From contig CBDCWC010000002.1 in assembly GCA_965223295.1 (NCBI GenBank), forward strand, positions 1,088,001 through 1,152,000: a stretch of DNA of 64,000 nucleotides, read 5' to 3'. Position 1 is the first letter of the stretch; each line of letters begins with the position of its first letter. Shown here piece by piece: positions 19,958-28,420 of this stretch. The notes under the pieces are model-generated. The model made no database searches and was not told where the DNA came from. It was given only the letters and a program-made list of their open reading frames with translations. The translations under genes and the position numbers were made by a program. The stretch is from Nitrospirales bacterium (lineage in GTDB: Bacteria > Nitrospirota > Nitrospiria > Nitrospirales > UBA8639).

Positions 19958-21370
19958 ATGCTATCCACCGAACCATCATCTTCTCCACTTGATGGGGTTG
20001 CCCTTCTAGCGGACCCTATTCATGGATATATCTCACTGACAGTTCCTTACGCGCACACCACCACAGCCGAACAGACTGAGAAAGATCTTATTGACTCCCC
20101 CTGGGTCCAACGTCTCCGCTACATTCTTCAACTTCAAAGCGCCCATTGGGTCTATCCGGGGGCAGAACATACACGATTTCAACATTCCCTGGGCACGATG
20201 CACTTGGCGGGGCGATTCATGGTTCAACTATACCCCTCGCTACAGAAAATTGTCCCTGACCTCCCTTCCTTATATTTTTTGGAAGAATTTGCCCGAATCA
20301 CCGGCTTACTTCACGACATTGGACATGGACCTTTTTGCCATTTTTTCGATCACCACTTTCTGCATCGATATCAACTGACACACGAGCTGTTGGGGCAACA
20401 GATTATCCGGAAACATCTCGCCTCAATAATCAAACACATTCAACGCAGTCCATCCGGTTCATTTTCACCAGGAGAATATCTTGATCCAGAACACATTGCC
20501 TTTCTCATTCTGAAGAACCCTCACCAACCAACTAAAGGTCTGCCACCATGGGTCGTGGCGTTGCGACCACTTTTAGGGGGCATCTATACACCAGACAACT
20601 GTGATTATGTTCTGCGTGATTCCTATATGTGTGGAGTGGCCATTGGTCCGGTCGATATTGAACGCCTTCTGCATTACACCTTCTTTTCCACTCACGGGCT
20701 CACCATTCATCAGTCAGGGCTTTCTGCGCTCCAAATGTTTCTGCATGCTCGACTCTATCTCTATACCAATGTGTATTATCACCGCACGACGCGAGCTCTT
20801 GATATCCATCTGCAAGAACTGTTTCAGCCAACTATAGAAATTCTTTTTCCCAAAAACCCTTTAAACGCTTTTTCTGAATATTTACGGTTGACTGATTGGC
20901 ACCTCATAGAATCCGTCCGTTCTTGGGCACAATCTCGTTCACCACTCAAACGACAACTTGGAATTGAATGGGCTAAGATCTTGACCAGACATGTCAAATG
21001 GAAAACCGCATTTAGTCTCCTACTACCTATCCCTCAAACGCCCTCTTCATTTCGACCAGAGAAGTTTTTATCACGAATGCGCCAAGCCTTACCCAAAACA
21101 TTACGCACATTGGATATTCGTGTGGACTTTGCCCACAAGGATCCTCGGCCCGTTAACTTGTTGAACATGGGAGGATTTCAAATTTTTGTCTGGAATCCCT
21201 CTACTGGTCATGTTGAAAAGGAAAGCTTACAAACATATCTGCAGCATCTTCCTGCCCGAATGATCACCTTGCGTATTTTCAGTCAAGACCATTCGTCAGA
21301 CGATATTCTGGCCAAGGCGGCTGAGAAAACTTTGCGGAGACATTGGCCTGAACTGTTGTCCTTTTCATAA
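19958..21370 (+). CDS. HD-domain phosphohydrolase (SAMHD1/dNTP triphosphohydrolase-like)
   Basis: DPIHG, QRLR.I.QL, HTRFQHSLG, LLHDIGHGPF.H, DY..RDS and VYYH motifs. Confidence 0.85.
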   Translation: MLSTEPSSSPLDGVALLADPIHGYISLTVPYAHTTTAEQTEKDLIDSPWVQRLRYILQLQSAHWVYPGAEHTRFQHSLGTMHLAGRFMVQLYPSLQKIVPDLPSLYFLEEFARITGLLHDIGHGPFCHFFDHHFLHRYQLTHELLGQQIIRKHLASIIKHIQRSPSGSFSPGEYLDPEHIAFLILKNPHQPTKGLPPWVVALRPLLGGIYTPDNCDYVLRDSYMCGVAIGPVDIERLLHYTFFSTHGLTIHQSGLSALQMFLHARLYLYTNVYYHRTTRALDIHLQELFQPTIEILFPKNPLNAFSEYLRLTDWHLIESVRSWAQSRSPLKRQLGIEWAKILTRHVKWKTAFSLLLPIPQTPSSFRPEKFLSRMRQALPKTLRTLDIRVDFAHKDPRPVNLLNMGGFQIFVWNPSTGHVEKESLQTYLQHLPARMITLRIFSQDHSSDDILAKAAEKTLRRHWPELLSFS

Positions 21371-21371
21371 T

Positions 21372-21596
21372 GGGTCTGTTGAAAAAAGCCGCCAGCGGCG
21401 TTCTCGGCATTGTTCCGTGCTCACGTAGGACTAGTACGCTCCGCGCGCAAAAATGGCTGTGGCCTTGCTGGACCTATCTTCGCCGAAGCAGCTTCGCGCA
21501 GGCGAGCGGACTTTTTTGAACAGACCCGAGGCCTCTGACATGTGACAACGCAGAGGCTAAATGTGGCCGTGGATATTATCATTATTCAACAGTCCC
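21372..21596. mobile_element. MITE-like element (family A) with TIRs and a 5-bp target-site duplication
   Basis: Left end GGGTCTGTTGAAAAA and right end rc GGGACTGTTGAATAA. Flanked by ATAAT on both sides (21367-21371, 21597-21601). Second copy at 1-127. Confidence 0.8.
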
Positions 21597-21651
21597 ATAA
21601 TCGGCCCAACATTCAGCAGACAAACAATTAAAGTAAAAATTCAAGGACTAG

Positions 21652-23334
21652 CTATCGAGCTGGAGAACCCAATCGAAGATCAGAAAGATCTTTCACTAAC
21701 GTCAATTGAAGGCGGAAAGTTTGTGGAATAACCGAAAAGGAATGAGATTCTGGAAGTTGGCAGCTTAGACAATAACCTAAGAGCTGTGACTTAAGTTCTT
21801 CGAGACTGCGAGATAACAATGGATCCTGAGAGGCTTCAAGAAATTGAACCCTCTCAATCGTTCCTGCTGAAACATATACGAACACAATAACCATCTGTTT
21901 GTTAGTCGGCAAATAGCCCGCAACGGGTAACGTTTCCGCAATGGGTGGCGTCCAATTCTTTAGAATCCAATTTTTTAAAGGCAAGAGACAACTTAGGTCT
22001 TTTGACAATGCAGAACGCGCATCGGCATCCTCCCCTCCAGGCAGATGAATTGGTTCAAGCGAAATAGTGCGTTGTTCAGCAAAATTTGACACCATCACGA
22101 GATCAAACGTTGCATGTTGTCCACCCTGCTCAACCCAAGAGACAGGAAATTCAGCTAGCCCACTCAATAATGGTTGAGGCCAGGCTGGGAATACAATTTT
22201 TTCAGTGCTCGATACTTCAAGAAGCGCATCCGTTTGCCATGACCATTTCGAATATACGGCTACAACCTCATCCCGCTCATTGACGGCACGAACAAACAAT
22301 CTATGAGGTCGGCGTACTTGTTCGGCAAATAGTTGACTCACTCCCCCTTCATCAGACTGATCGAACACCAAGCCTTCAGATACAAGACGAACGGAGGATG
22401 AAAGACTTCCTCTTTCTGCACTCCTCAGGACATCCCTAATTTGATGTGGCTGCATAAATATAGAAAAAGGGAGAGAGACGAACGCAGTAGGCTCATGAAC
22501 CAGTTCAGTTGCTTTTTCAACGCGATAGAGGGGCTGACCTATTTCCATCGACCAACTTTTTCGCCAAAAGACTTTTGCTGTTTGATATGCTTGAATACGC
22601 TGTTGAGTCATTCGCTCCAATGACAATTGCATATCAATTTGATGAATCGAATTTTCCGTAAATGAGACAGGTGCTTCATTAATAAGATACTCTCCCTCTA
22701 AAGTACGGCTAGGCGGCCCAGTGTCCTGCAGTATTTCATCCGCCTCATCTTTCAGGAAAGTTTCTGTTTCAAAATCATCAGACTCGAAGAACGGAATGAT
22801 TTGCATAACCAGATCATGTTCGATTTGAGGAATCTCTGTGTCGTCTCCTTGCGCTCTCAATGAGCCTACAATGACACCTGTTTCAACATCCACAATCTGC
22901 AGATCAAAGATTAGACTCTCTTGAAATTGCGAGAAGCTACCACGCACTAAATAATGCACCCCATGAATATGTCCAAGTTCAACTGGAGTGGAAGAGGAAG
23001 AAAACCCCCGCTGTTGAAGCCACTGTTCACGCAGAACAGATCCTAATGCTTCACGGGCAATCACCGAGAAAGAAGGCCATTTCGCTAAGTCATTGGCCAA
23101 CATTTCCGACATACTTTTCCCTACCCACTGCAGTTTCGGATAAGGACTCAAATTTTCTAATGGAAGAATAGCCAGCGTAAAGGGAGGGGCAAGCGGTACG
23201 GAGGATGGCCCGAGATTGGAAGAAGGAACGGAATCAGAAAGTAGTGGAGTGTGGTCTTCTATGTTTCCTTGACACCCCCCCAACCCAACAAACAGACACC
23301 CAAGGTAGCAGAACCATTTTGTGATGTTACCCAA
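21652..23334 (-). CDS. Putative lipoprotein with CsgG/FlgO-like N-domain and TonB/TolA-C-like C-domain
   Basis: TTG start gives MGNITKWFCYLGCLFVGLGG-C (lipobox-like). TLAILPLEN..EML..DL..FSVIARE..LVRGSF..IVDVETG is CsgG-like. Confidence 0.6.
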   Translation of the reverse strand: MGNITKWFCYLGCLFVGLGGCQGNIEDHTPLLSDSVPSSNLGPSSVPLAPPFTLAILPLENLSPYPKLQWVGKSMSEMLANDLAKWPSFSVIAREALGSVLREQWLQQRGFSSSSTPVELGHIHGVHYLVRGSFSQFQESLIFDLQIVDVETGVIVGSLRAQGDDTEIPQIEHDLVMQIIPFFESDDFETETFLKDEADEILQDTGPPSRTLEGEYLINEAPVSFTENSIHQIDMQLSLERMTQQRIQAYQTAKVFWRKSWSMEIGQPLYRVEKATELVHEPTAFVSLPFSIFMQPHQIRDVLRSAERGSLSSSVRLVSEGLVFDQSDEGGVSQLFAEQVRRPHRLFVRAVNERDEVVAVYSKWSWQTDALLEVSSTEKIVFPAWPQPLLSGLAEFPVSWVEQGGQHATFDLVMVSNFAEQRTISLEPIHLPGGEDADARSALSKDLSCLLPLKNWILKNWTPPIAETLPVAGYLPTNKQMVIVFVYVSAGTIERVQFLEASQDPLLSRSLEELKSQLLGYCLSCQLPESHSFSVIPQTFRLQLTLVKDLSDLRLGSPAR

Positions 23335-23938
23335 CTGTTGAATCGACCGGCATATTAAGCCTATGACGCTGAATGGTAGCTTGAGATCGCAATACATGTC
23401 GAATAATGGCTTCCCGATCATCGGGGGCAATTTGAGAGAATTCCACGGCAATATCAAAGCCTGATTCGTCATCCTGCTGTGCCGGCTCAATTCTTATAAT
23501 CTTTCCCACAGCCTGCATAGGAATAAAGGGCCGCAAGATAAGCCGTAGCGCCAAATAGGAATTTACAGGAAATTCTTGTGTTGAAAAAAACCGAATTCCT
23601 GACCCACTCAGATTGACTTTTGCTAATTCTGGAATAGCATGTTTTAAATTTTTGTCTTTTCCCAATGTTCGAAGAATCGATGTGAGCATCCAGTCAATGC
23701 GTGTCACCATTTGCAAGAGTAATGGATCGCGTATCGTCAAATCATTTTCATCCACCATTGCTTTGACAAGATCGGGAGAAACAGCCAATTCATCCCATTG
23801 CCACTGACTAAATTCAGCGGCATCCAACTCAAGTGGCTCATACGAAAATGCGAGAGGCAGTTCAATCCAAAGGCACACAGGTACATCCGCACGACAATCC
23901 TGCCGCCGATCTTCAGATTTGATCATCTCATTATCCAT
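23327..23938 (-). CDS. PilZ-domain c-di-GMP receptor
   Basis: RRQDCR (RxxxR) and NLSGSG (D/NxSxxG) motifs, plus AVEF..I..DDRE.II C-terminus. Confidence 0.85.
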   Translation of the reverse strand: MDNEMIKSEDRRQDCRADVPVCLWIELPLAFSYEPLELDAAEFSQWQWDELAVSPDLVKAMVDENDLTIRDPLLLQMVTRIDWMLTSILRTLGKDKNLKHAIPELAKVNLSGSGIRFFSTQEFPVNSYLALRLILRPFIPMQAVGKIIRIEPAQQDDESGFDIAVEFSQIAPDDREAIIRHVLRSQATIQRHRLNMPVDSTVG

Positions 23939-24039
23939 TGTTCATCACCTTTAGTTCTCAAAAATGTGTCGTAGGAACCGCATTCCGCTATTGACAACCA
24001 CCTCGCCTAGGGTAAGAAAATTTGGCAACGGCAACATTG

Positions 24040-24291
24040 TTAGCCTTTATCGGGGTTTTGTATACTTCGGATTTCGGCAAGAAGATCCCGTGCCTGTTCA
24101 GCGGCTCCATGAATTTTTTCTAATTGTGGCTTGAGTTGTGTGTCTTGACATCGCCGTATCGCCAACTCTGAAAATACGACAATGGGCAATAATTTATTTG
24201 AAAGCGAATGTAACAATGGGCCAATTCTCGACATATCGTCTGAGACCGAAGACTCTCCAGGTTCTGAAGAAATGCTGTGTGATGAGGGCAT
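24040..24291 (-). CDS. Small stand-alone HisKA/DHp-like protein
   Basis: LLHSLSNKLLPIVVFSELA...LEKIHGAAEQARDLL resembles an H-box two-helix DHp domain. Has its own sigma54-like promoter. Confidence 0.6.
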   Translation of the reverse strand: MPSSHSISSEPGESSVSDDMSRIGPLLHSLSNKLLPIVVFSELAIRRCQDTQLKPQLEKIHGAAEQARDLLAEIRSIQNPDKG

Positions 24292-24372
24292 AGATTTCTT
24301 AGATAGCTGAAAACATTCTCGAGGAAATCTCTTTCAACTATTCTGAATACCATTCTCTTTGTCTATCTTATT

Positions 24373-24388
24373 GGCAATTGTTGTACCT
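24373..24388 (-). promoter_or_regulatory. sigma54 (-24/-12) promoter
   Basis: Minus strand AGGTACAACAATTGCC = GG-N10-GC with TTGC. Confidence 0.55.
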
Positions 24389-24492
24389 AAATAAGTCGAA
24401 ACAGAGGCACAACAAAATGCCAAGAAAAACAAGTTTGTCAGTGAAAAAGTCGTTGATGGGTGACCCTGGCGCTGACAATTTGGCTGCGGTTC

Positions 24493-24506
24493 GTCAAACT
24501 TTTGAC
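24493..24506. promoter_or_regulatory. GTCAA-N4-TTGAC palindrome, putative enhancer-binding protein (FleQ/FlrA-like) site
   Basis: GTCAAACTTTTGAC about 105 bp upstream of the sigma54 site at 24373-24388. Confidence 0.5.
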
Positions 24507-24614
24507 AACCTCATGGCTTACTATTTGGCGTATCTCAGAGGAGATTTGAGATGAAACTATGCCGCAGGAACTGGAACGCTGAAATCAGAAGAAGTGCTGA
24601 GGGAGTTGAAGAAT

Positions 24615-24938
24615 TTAGATACTCAGACGATGATGAGCTGACGTAGTGTGATGACTGACCCACTGCCGCTTGACACCCTCAAGGCGACGACGGTGTTCTT
24701 GAGCTTCTCCTAAATATTGCTTTGTAAGAGCTTGAACTTCTCGAATCCGAGTCATCATCCATTGGTCACATTCAACGAGCTTTTTCGCCACATCCTGCGA
24801 AACCGTCTCAAGCTTACCAGAGTTTTCACGTTGTTTATAAAGCTGAGCCACTTGGTCCCAGTGACCTGTTTCAGCCGCAGCTATAGCTTTCAGTGTCAAT
24901 TCTTCAACCAATTGGTCATGTTCTAGGACTGGACCCAT
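24615..24938 (-). CDS. FliT-like flagellar chaperone
   Basis: Small helical protein after fliS, with AAETGHWDQVAQLYKQR (FliT-like W-D..L...R pattern). Confidence 0.55.
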   Translation of the reverse strand: MGPVLEHDQLVEELTLKAIAAAETGHWDQVAQLYKQRENSGKLETVSQDVAKKLVECDQWMMTRIREVQALTKQYLGEAQEHRRRLEGVKRQWVSHHTTSAHHRLSI

Positions 24939-24942
24939 GCTG

Positions 24943-25335
24943 TTACATACCCACCGCTTTGGATTTGGTCTCCTGAATAGCCAACTCTTGCCATGCTTCC
25001 CGAATCTCACTCATACACTTGATTGGTCCAGCCAAGCGTCCCGGTTCGTTTTTGAGATTGGCTTGAGTTAACTCAAATTGAATATATTCATATAACCGTC
25101 GTAACTCCTTAGCCACCACTCCACCTTCTTCCATATTCAGCGACGCGGACAATTCTCCTACAACTCGAAGCGCCCGATCCAAAAACCTGGCTTTATCCTG
25201 AAAATTCAGAGCCACAATGCCTTCTTGAGCCAGCTTCATGGATGAAATCGCCCCATCATACAATAAGACAACAACTTGTACAGAAGATGCTGTCGAAATC
25301 TGAGTTTGCGCATAGGCTTGAGCACCGACCATCAT
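24943..25335 (-). CDS. fliS: Flagellin export chaperone FliS
   Basis: AY.QTQ..TAS..Q.VVLLYDGAI, LNMEEGG.VA..L..LYEY and REAW motifs. Confidence 0.95.
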   Translation of the reverse strand: MMVGAQAYAQTQISTASSVQVVVLLYDGAISSMKLAQEGIVALNFQDKARFLDRALRVVGELSASLNMEEGGVVAKELRRLYEYIQFELTQANLKNEPGRLAGPIKCMSEIREAWQELAIQETKSKAVGM

Positions 25336-25357
25336 GCGGGTTTCCCTTTCTTAGGAG

Positions 25358-26749
25358 TTACTGATTCGATGACAAGGTTGCTAAAGAATCCAGTTGCCCT
25401 TGCAAGCTGGCGAGCAACCCGTCTAAATTGGCAAACTTGATACGTTGTTGTTCTTCAAAGACGCTTAACGCGGCTTCCTGTGTCGCAATCTGTTTTGAGA
25501 AACTATCTATTTGTCTCGTCAGGGAATTCTGACGGAGGGTCAGAGCGCCGGTTTCTATGTCATCGAGCGCATCCACTGCATCGACAAGGAGCTCAGCAAT
25601 GCCGTCGGTTCCGGTTGTCGGGTTCTGAATAAACAAATCACGAACAGCTGAATAATTTTGACTGAGGGCTTCATCGAGGGCCGTGTCGTTGAGCTTAATC
25701 GTGCCATCTCCAGTCTGAGTTTCAAAGCCGATTTGCGACGCGCTCGTAAAGGTGGTCAGCCCACTGACTTGAGAAAACGTTGCCTGACGGATTCGGTCAA
25801 TCACGGTCCGAGCCAGTGAATCCCCCACGAAGATTCCTCGCTCTCTTGTTTCGACATCAAAATTCGTTCGTTCATTCACAAAAGACACCACGTCATTATA
25901 GGCCTTCACAAATTCTGAAATTCCTTCTTTGACAGCGGTATTATCTTGCGTGATAGAAATCGTTACAGAATTATCCACGTCCTGAGCCTGAAGGTTCAAC
26001 GTCACTCCGGATATCACATCTGCCATAGTATTGCTGGATCGATTAATCGTTACAGCCTCGGCTCCCTGTCCCAAGACGATCTGGGAATCTTGTGCCGCCT
26101 GGAACGTATCAACACCCGTACCGTCCGTATCTAAATTTGTCGTGTCAGCAGAGATGGTAATGGCATTAGAGGAACCTGTATCATTTGCAGATAACACCAG
26201 TCGGTACGCAGGCGTGTCCTCCGTGCCGGTATTCAGAATGGAGGCACTCACTCCCGCACCAAGATCGTTAATGCCATTCTGCAATTCTTCTAAGGTCCCG
26301 CTCTCACCTAACGTCACAGTTTGCGTCGCTCCTCCTCCAACGGAAAAAGAGAACGTGCCCGAGGCACCACTCACAATATCGGTGTCGATCGCGGAAACGG
26401 CCGTAGCCGCTTTGGAGACAACCTGATGGGCCGAGGCTAATTGATTGACCGTCACAGTATGAGTACCAGAAGCTGCGGTCGAAGAAGCCGTGGCAGTCAA
26501 TAAATTCTGAGAACTCGCTGATGTCACATTGACTTGATTTTTGTCAAAACTGACTCGAGTACGAAAACTATTGGCCGCACCCTGAAGCGCGAGCAATTTC
26601 CCTCCCAATAAACCCACGTCAGTTTGTTTAGCTAGCGCATCTTGTTTGCGCGCATTGATTCGATCAATAGGGGCAGCTTTAGATTGAACAAGAAGATCAA
26701 TGATAGGCCCAAAGTCGATATTGTTCCCTAGCCCACCAATACTAATCAT
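25358..26749 (-). CDS. fliD: Flagellar filament cap protein
   Basis: GLG..ID, V.QLA.AH, INDLGAGVSASI, RLVLSA..TG, R.SNT..DVI.GVTL.L and FV.AYN motifs. Confidence 0.95.
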   Translation of the reverse strand: MISIGGLGNNIDFGPIIDLLVQSKAAPIDRINARKQDALAKQTDVGLLGGKLLALQGAANSFRTRVSFDKNQVNVTSASSQNLLTATASSTAASGTHTVTVNQLASAHQVVSKAATAVSAIDTDIVSGASGTFSFSVGGGATQTVTLGESGTLEELQNGINDLGAGVSASILNTGTEDTPAYRLVLSANDTGSSNAITISADTTNLDTDGTGVDTFQAAQDSQIVLGQGAEAVTINRSSNTMADVISGVTLNLQAQDVDNSVTISITQDNTAVKEGISEFVKAYNDVVSFVNERTNFDVETRERGIFVGDSLARTVIDRIRQATFSQVSGLTTFTSASQIGFETQTGDGTIKLNDTALDEALSQNYSAVRDLFIQNPTTGTDGIAELLVDAVDALDDIETGALTLRQNSLTRQIDSFSKQIATQEAALSVFEEQQRIKFANLDGLLASLQGQLDSLATLSSNQ

Positions 26750-26871
26750 ATCTCACTCCTTGAAAGTTTTTGCGCTCCCAACTACCCGCATTGATGAACT
26801 CGCAACAAACGGAAACGATATCCGTTGAGAAAAGAGCGCCTTTCGTAGAATACCCGTAAACAGAAAACAGT

Positions 26872-27270
26872 CTAAATTTCTTCTTCAACAAACAACCCAG
26901 ACTTATTAGCAAAAAAACGGTCTAGCTCTAAGACTTCTTCAGAAGGTATCTGCTTGATAAGATCTCCAGATTCTTTATCAAAAAGACGAAAAATGACTTG
27001 GCCTAATTCATCATCAACTGACAATTCAATTCGAGGCTCAACGTGTCTTAACGATTCTTGCAACCTGCTGAACACTTCTTCAATTTGTTCAGGCTCAAGT
27101 TCAACTTTTTTCGTCTCGCCAACGATTACGGGTTCTTTTCCTTCGGCTTCTTTTTCCTTTATTGCGCGAGGGGCGTCGACGTTTCCATCCTTTTGACTGT
27201 CTCGCACACGAATATCTTGTCCAACTGAGACAGCAATAAATGGAAGATTTTGTGAAATAGTAGAAATCAT
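26872..27270 (-). CDS. flaG: Flagellar protein FlaG
   Basis: SVDDELGQVI....DKESGDLIKQIPSEEVL..GLFV. Lies between fliC and fliD. Confidence 0.9.
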   Translation of the reverse strand: MISTISQNLPFIAVSVGQDIRVRDSQKDGNVDAPRAIKEKEAEGKEPVIVGETKKVELEPEQIEEVFSRLQESLRHVEPRIELSVDDELGQVIFRLFDKESGDLIKQIPSEEVLELDRFFANKSGLFVEEEI

Positions 27271-27296
27271 GATGGATGACTTCCTCGGTCAGGGGG

Positions 27297-27321
27297 GAGG
27301 CCAGGTCAATGACCTGGCCTC
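27297..27321. other. Strong inverted repeat just downstream of fliC (mRNA-stabilising hairpin or partial terminator)
   Basis: GAGGCCAGGTCA-A-TGACCTGGCCTC has 12-bp perfect arms and no U-tract on the coding (minus) strand. Confidence 0.6.
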
Positions 27322-27335
27322 TTAACCCTTCCCTC

Positions 27336-28175
27336 TTACTGTAGCAAGGATAAAGCCTGCTGTGGCAATGTATTGGCTTGTGCCAAAATTGAAGTACCGG
27401 CTGACACCAAAATTTGATTTCTGGTGAATAATGCCGTTTCAAACGCAATATCAGCATCCCGAATGCGTGATTCAGCAGCCGATACGTTTTCATTCGCGAC
27501 TTCCAGATTGGTAACCGCCGCATCAATTCTGTTCTGCAACGAACCAATATTGGCTCGAGCAGACGCCACGGCACTGATGGCACTATCAATTTGGCCAAGA
27601 GCCGTTAACGCGGCACCGGAGGTTGAAACATTCGCGTCCGTTAAACCCAAGGCAGTACGATCCAAATCTTTTAAGGACAGGGAAAGTGTGTCATTCGCTG
27701 AGCTTCTAAACCCGATTTGGATAGACAAGCTCTCGTTCGCGTTTTCACCACCCGTTCCACTCAGGAGCTTCACACCATTGAACTCTGTCACAGCAGAGAT
27801 ACGGTCAATTTCCGACCGAAGGGCCACGAATTCTTGATCCAAGAAGGATCGTTCGTTTGAGCCCAAAATTCCACTGGCTGATTGTTCAGCTAATTCCCGA
27901 AGTCGAGCTAAGATGCCACCGATGTTGCCGGCGCCACCGTCAGCAATTTGAAGCAAGCTGATACCATCGTTAGAATTTCGAACGGCCTGATTGATACTAC
28001 GAATTTGAGCACGCAAGGTTTCGGAAATACCCAAACCAGCTGCATCGTCAGCGGCTCGAGTAATCCGTAATCCTGAAGAAAGGCGGGCGACCGACCCTTG
28101 TAATTGAGCGGTGGAAATACCCAAGTTTCGTTGGGCACTGATGGACGCAATGTTGTTGTTAACGATAAGTGCCAT
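27336..28175 (-). CDS. fliC: Flagellin (minimal, 279 aa)
   Basis: RLSSGLRI.RAADDAAGL, RN.NDGIS..Q.A, FNG.KLL, GSLQNR, SRIRDAD.A.E and LAQAN..PQ..LSLL motifs. Confidence 0.97.
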   Translation of the reverse strand: MALIVNNNIASISAQRNLGISTAQLQGSVARLSSGLRITRAADDAAGLGISETLRAQIRSINQAVRNSNDGISLLQIADGGAGNIGGILARLRELAEQSASGILGSNERSFLDQEFVALRSEIDRISAVTEFNGVKLLSGTGGENANESLSIQIGFRSSANDTLSLSLKDLDRTALGLTDANVSTSGAALTALGQIDSAISAVASARANIGSLQNRIDAAVTNLEVANENVSAAESRIRDADIAFETALFTRNQILVSAGTSILAQANTLPQQALSLLQ

Positions 28176-28200
28176 AAAATTCCTCCTTGATGGCTGTGCC

Positions 28201-28220
28201 TCAAAGGATCCATCCTTTAA
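28201..28220 (-). promoter_or_regulatory. CsrA-binding hairpin in the fliC leader
   Basis: mRNA UUAAAGGA-UGGA-UCCUUUGA places GGA in the loop. A second AAGGA lies in the SD (CAAGGAGGA). Confidence 0.65.
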
Positions 28221-28299
28221 GGATTATTGTAAATTAAGTAAGCCGACTGGCCTCCATTGAAATTTGGTAAAAATGACCAATTCCGTTGTCTGGACCTAC

Positions 28300-28326
28300 T
28301 TATCGACCATCAAGAGAAAAACTTGA
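28300..28326 (-). promoter_or_regulatory. sigma28 (FliA) promoter of fliC
   Basis: TCAA-N15-GTCGATAA versus the consensus TAAA-N15-GCCGATAA. Confidence 0.7.
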
Positions 28327-28420
28327 GGAGCTCATCGAGTCAAAATTTCCTTTTTTTGTGGTGAAACGAACGAGCCAAAACCGAAAAAAGTGCGGGCAAC
28401 CAGTAAGGGAACGCATGAAA

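Noticed and set aside
23273-23316. Alternative ATG (MVLLPWVSV...) plus G-run as a phase-variable start of the CsgG-like gene
   Set aside because: The in-frame TTG start already yields a plausible lipoprotein signal, so no frameshift is needed.
23991-24018. TTGACA-N16-TAAGAA sigma70-like site on the plus strand
   Set aside because: Weak -10 box, antisense orientation and no downstream gene.
24406-24423. TGGCATTTTGTTGTGC as a sigma54 promoter (minus strand)
   Set aside because: GG-to-GC spacing is 11, not 10. The site at 24373-24388 fits better.
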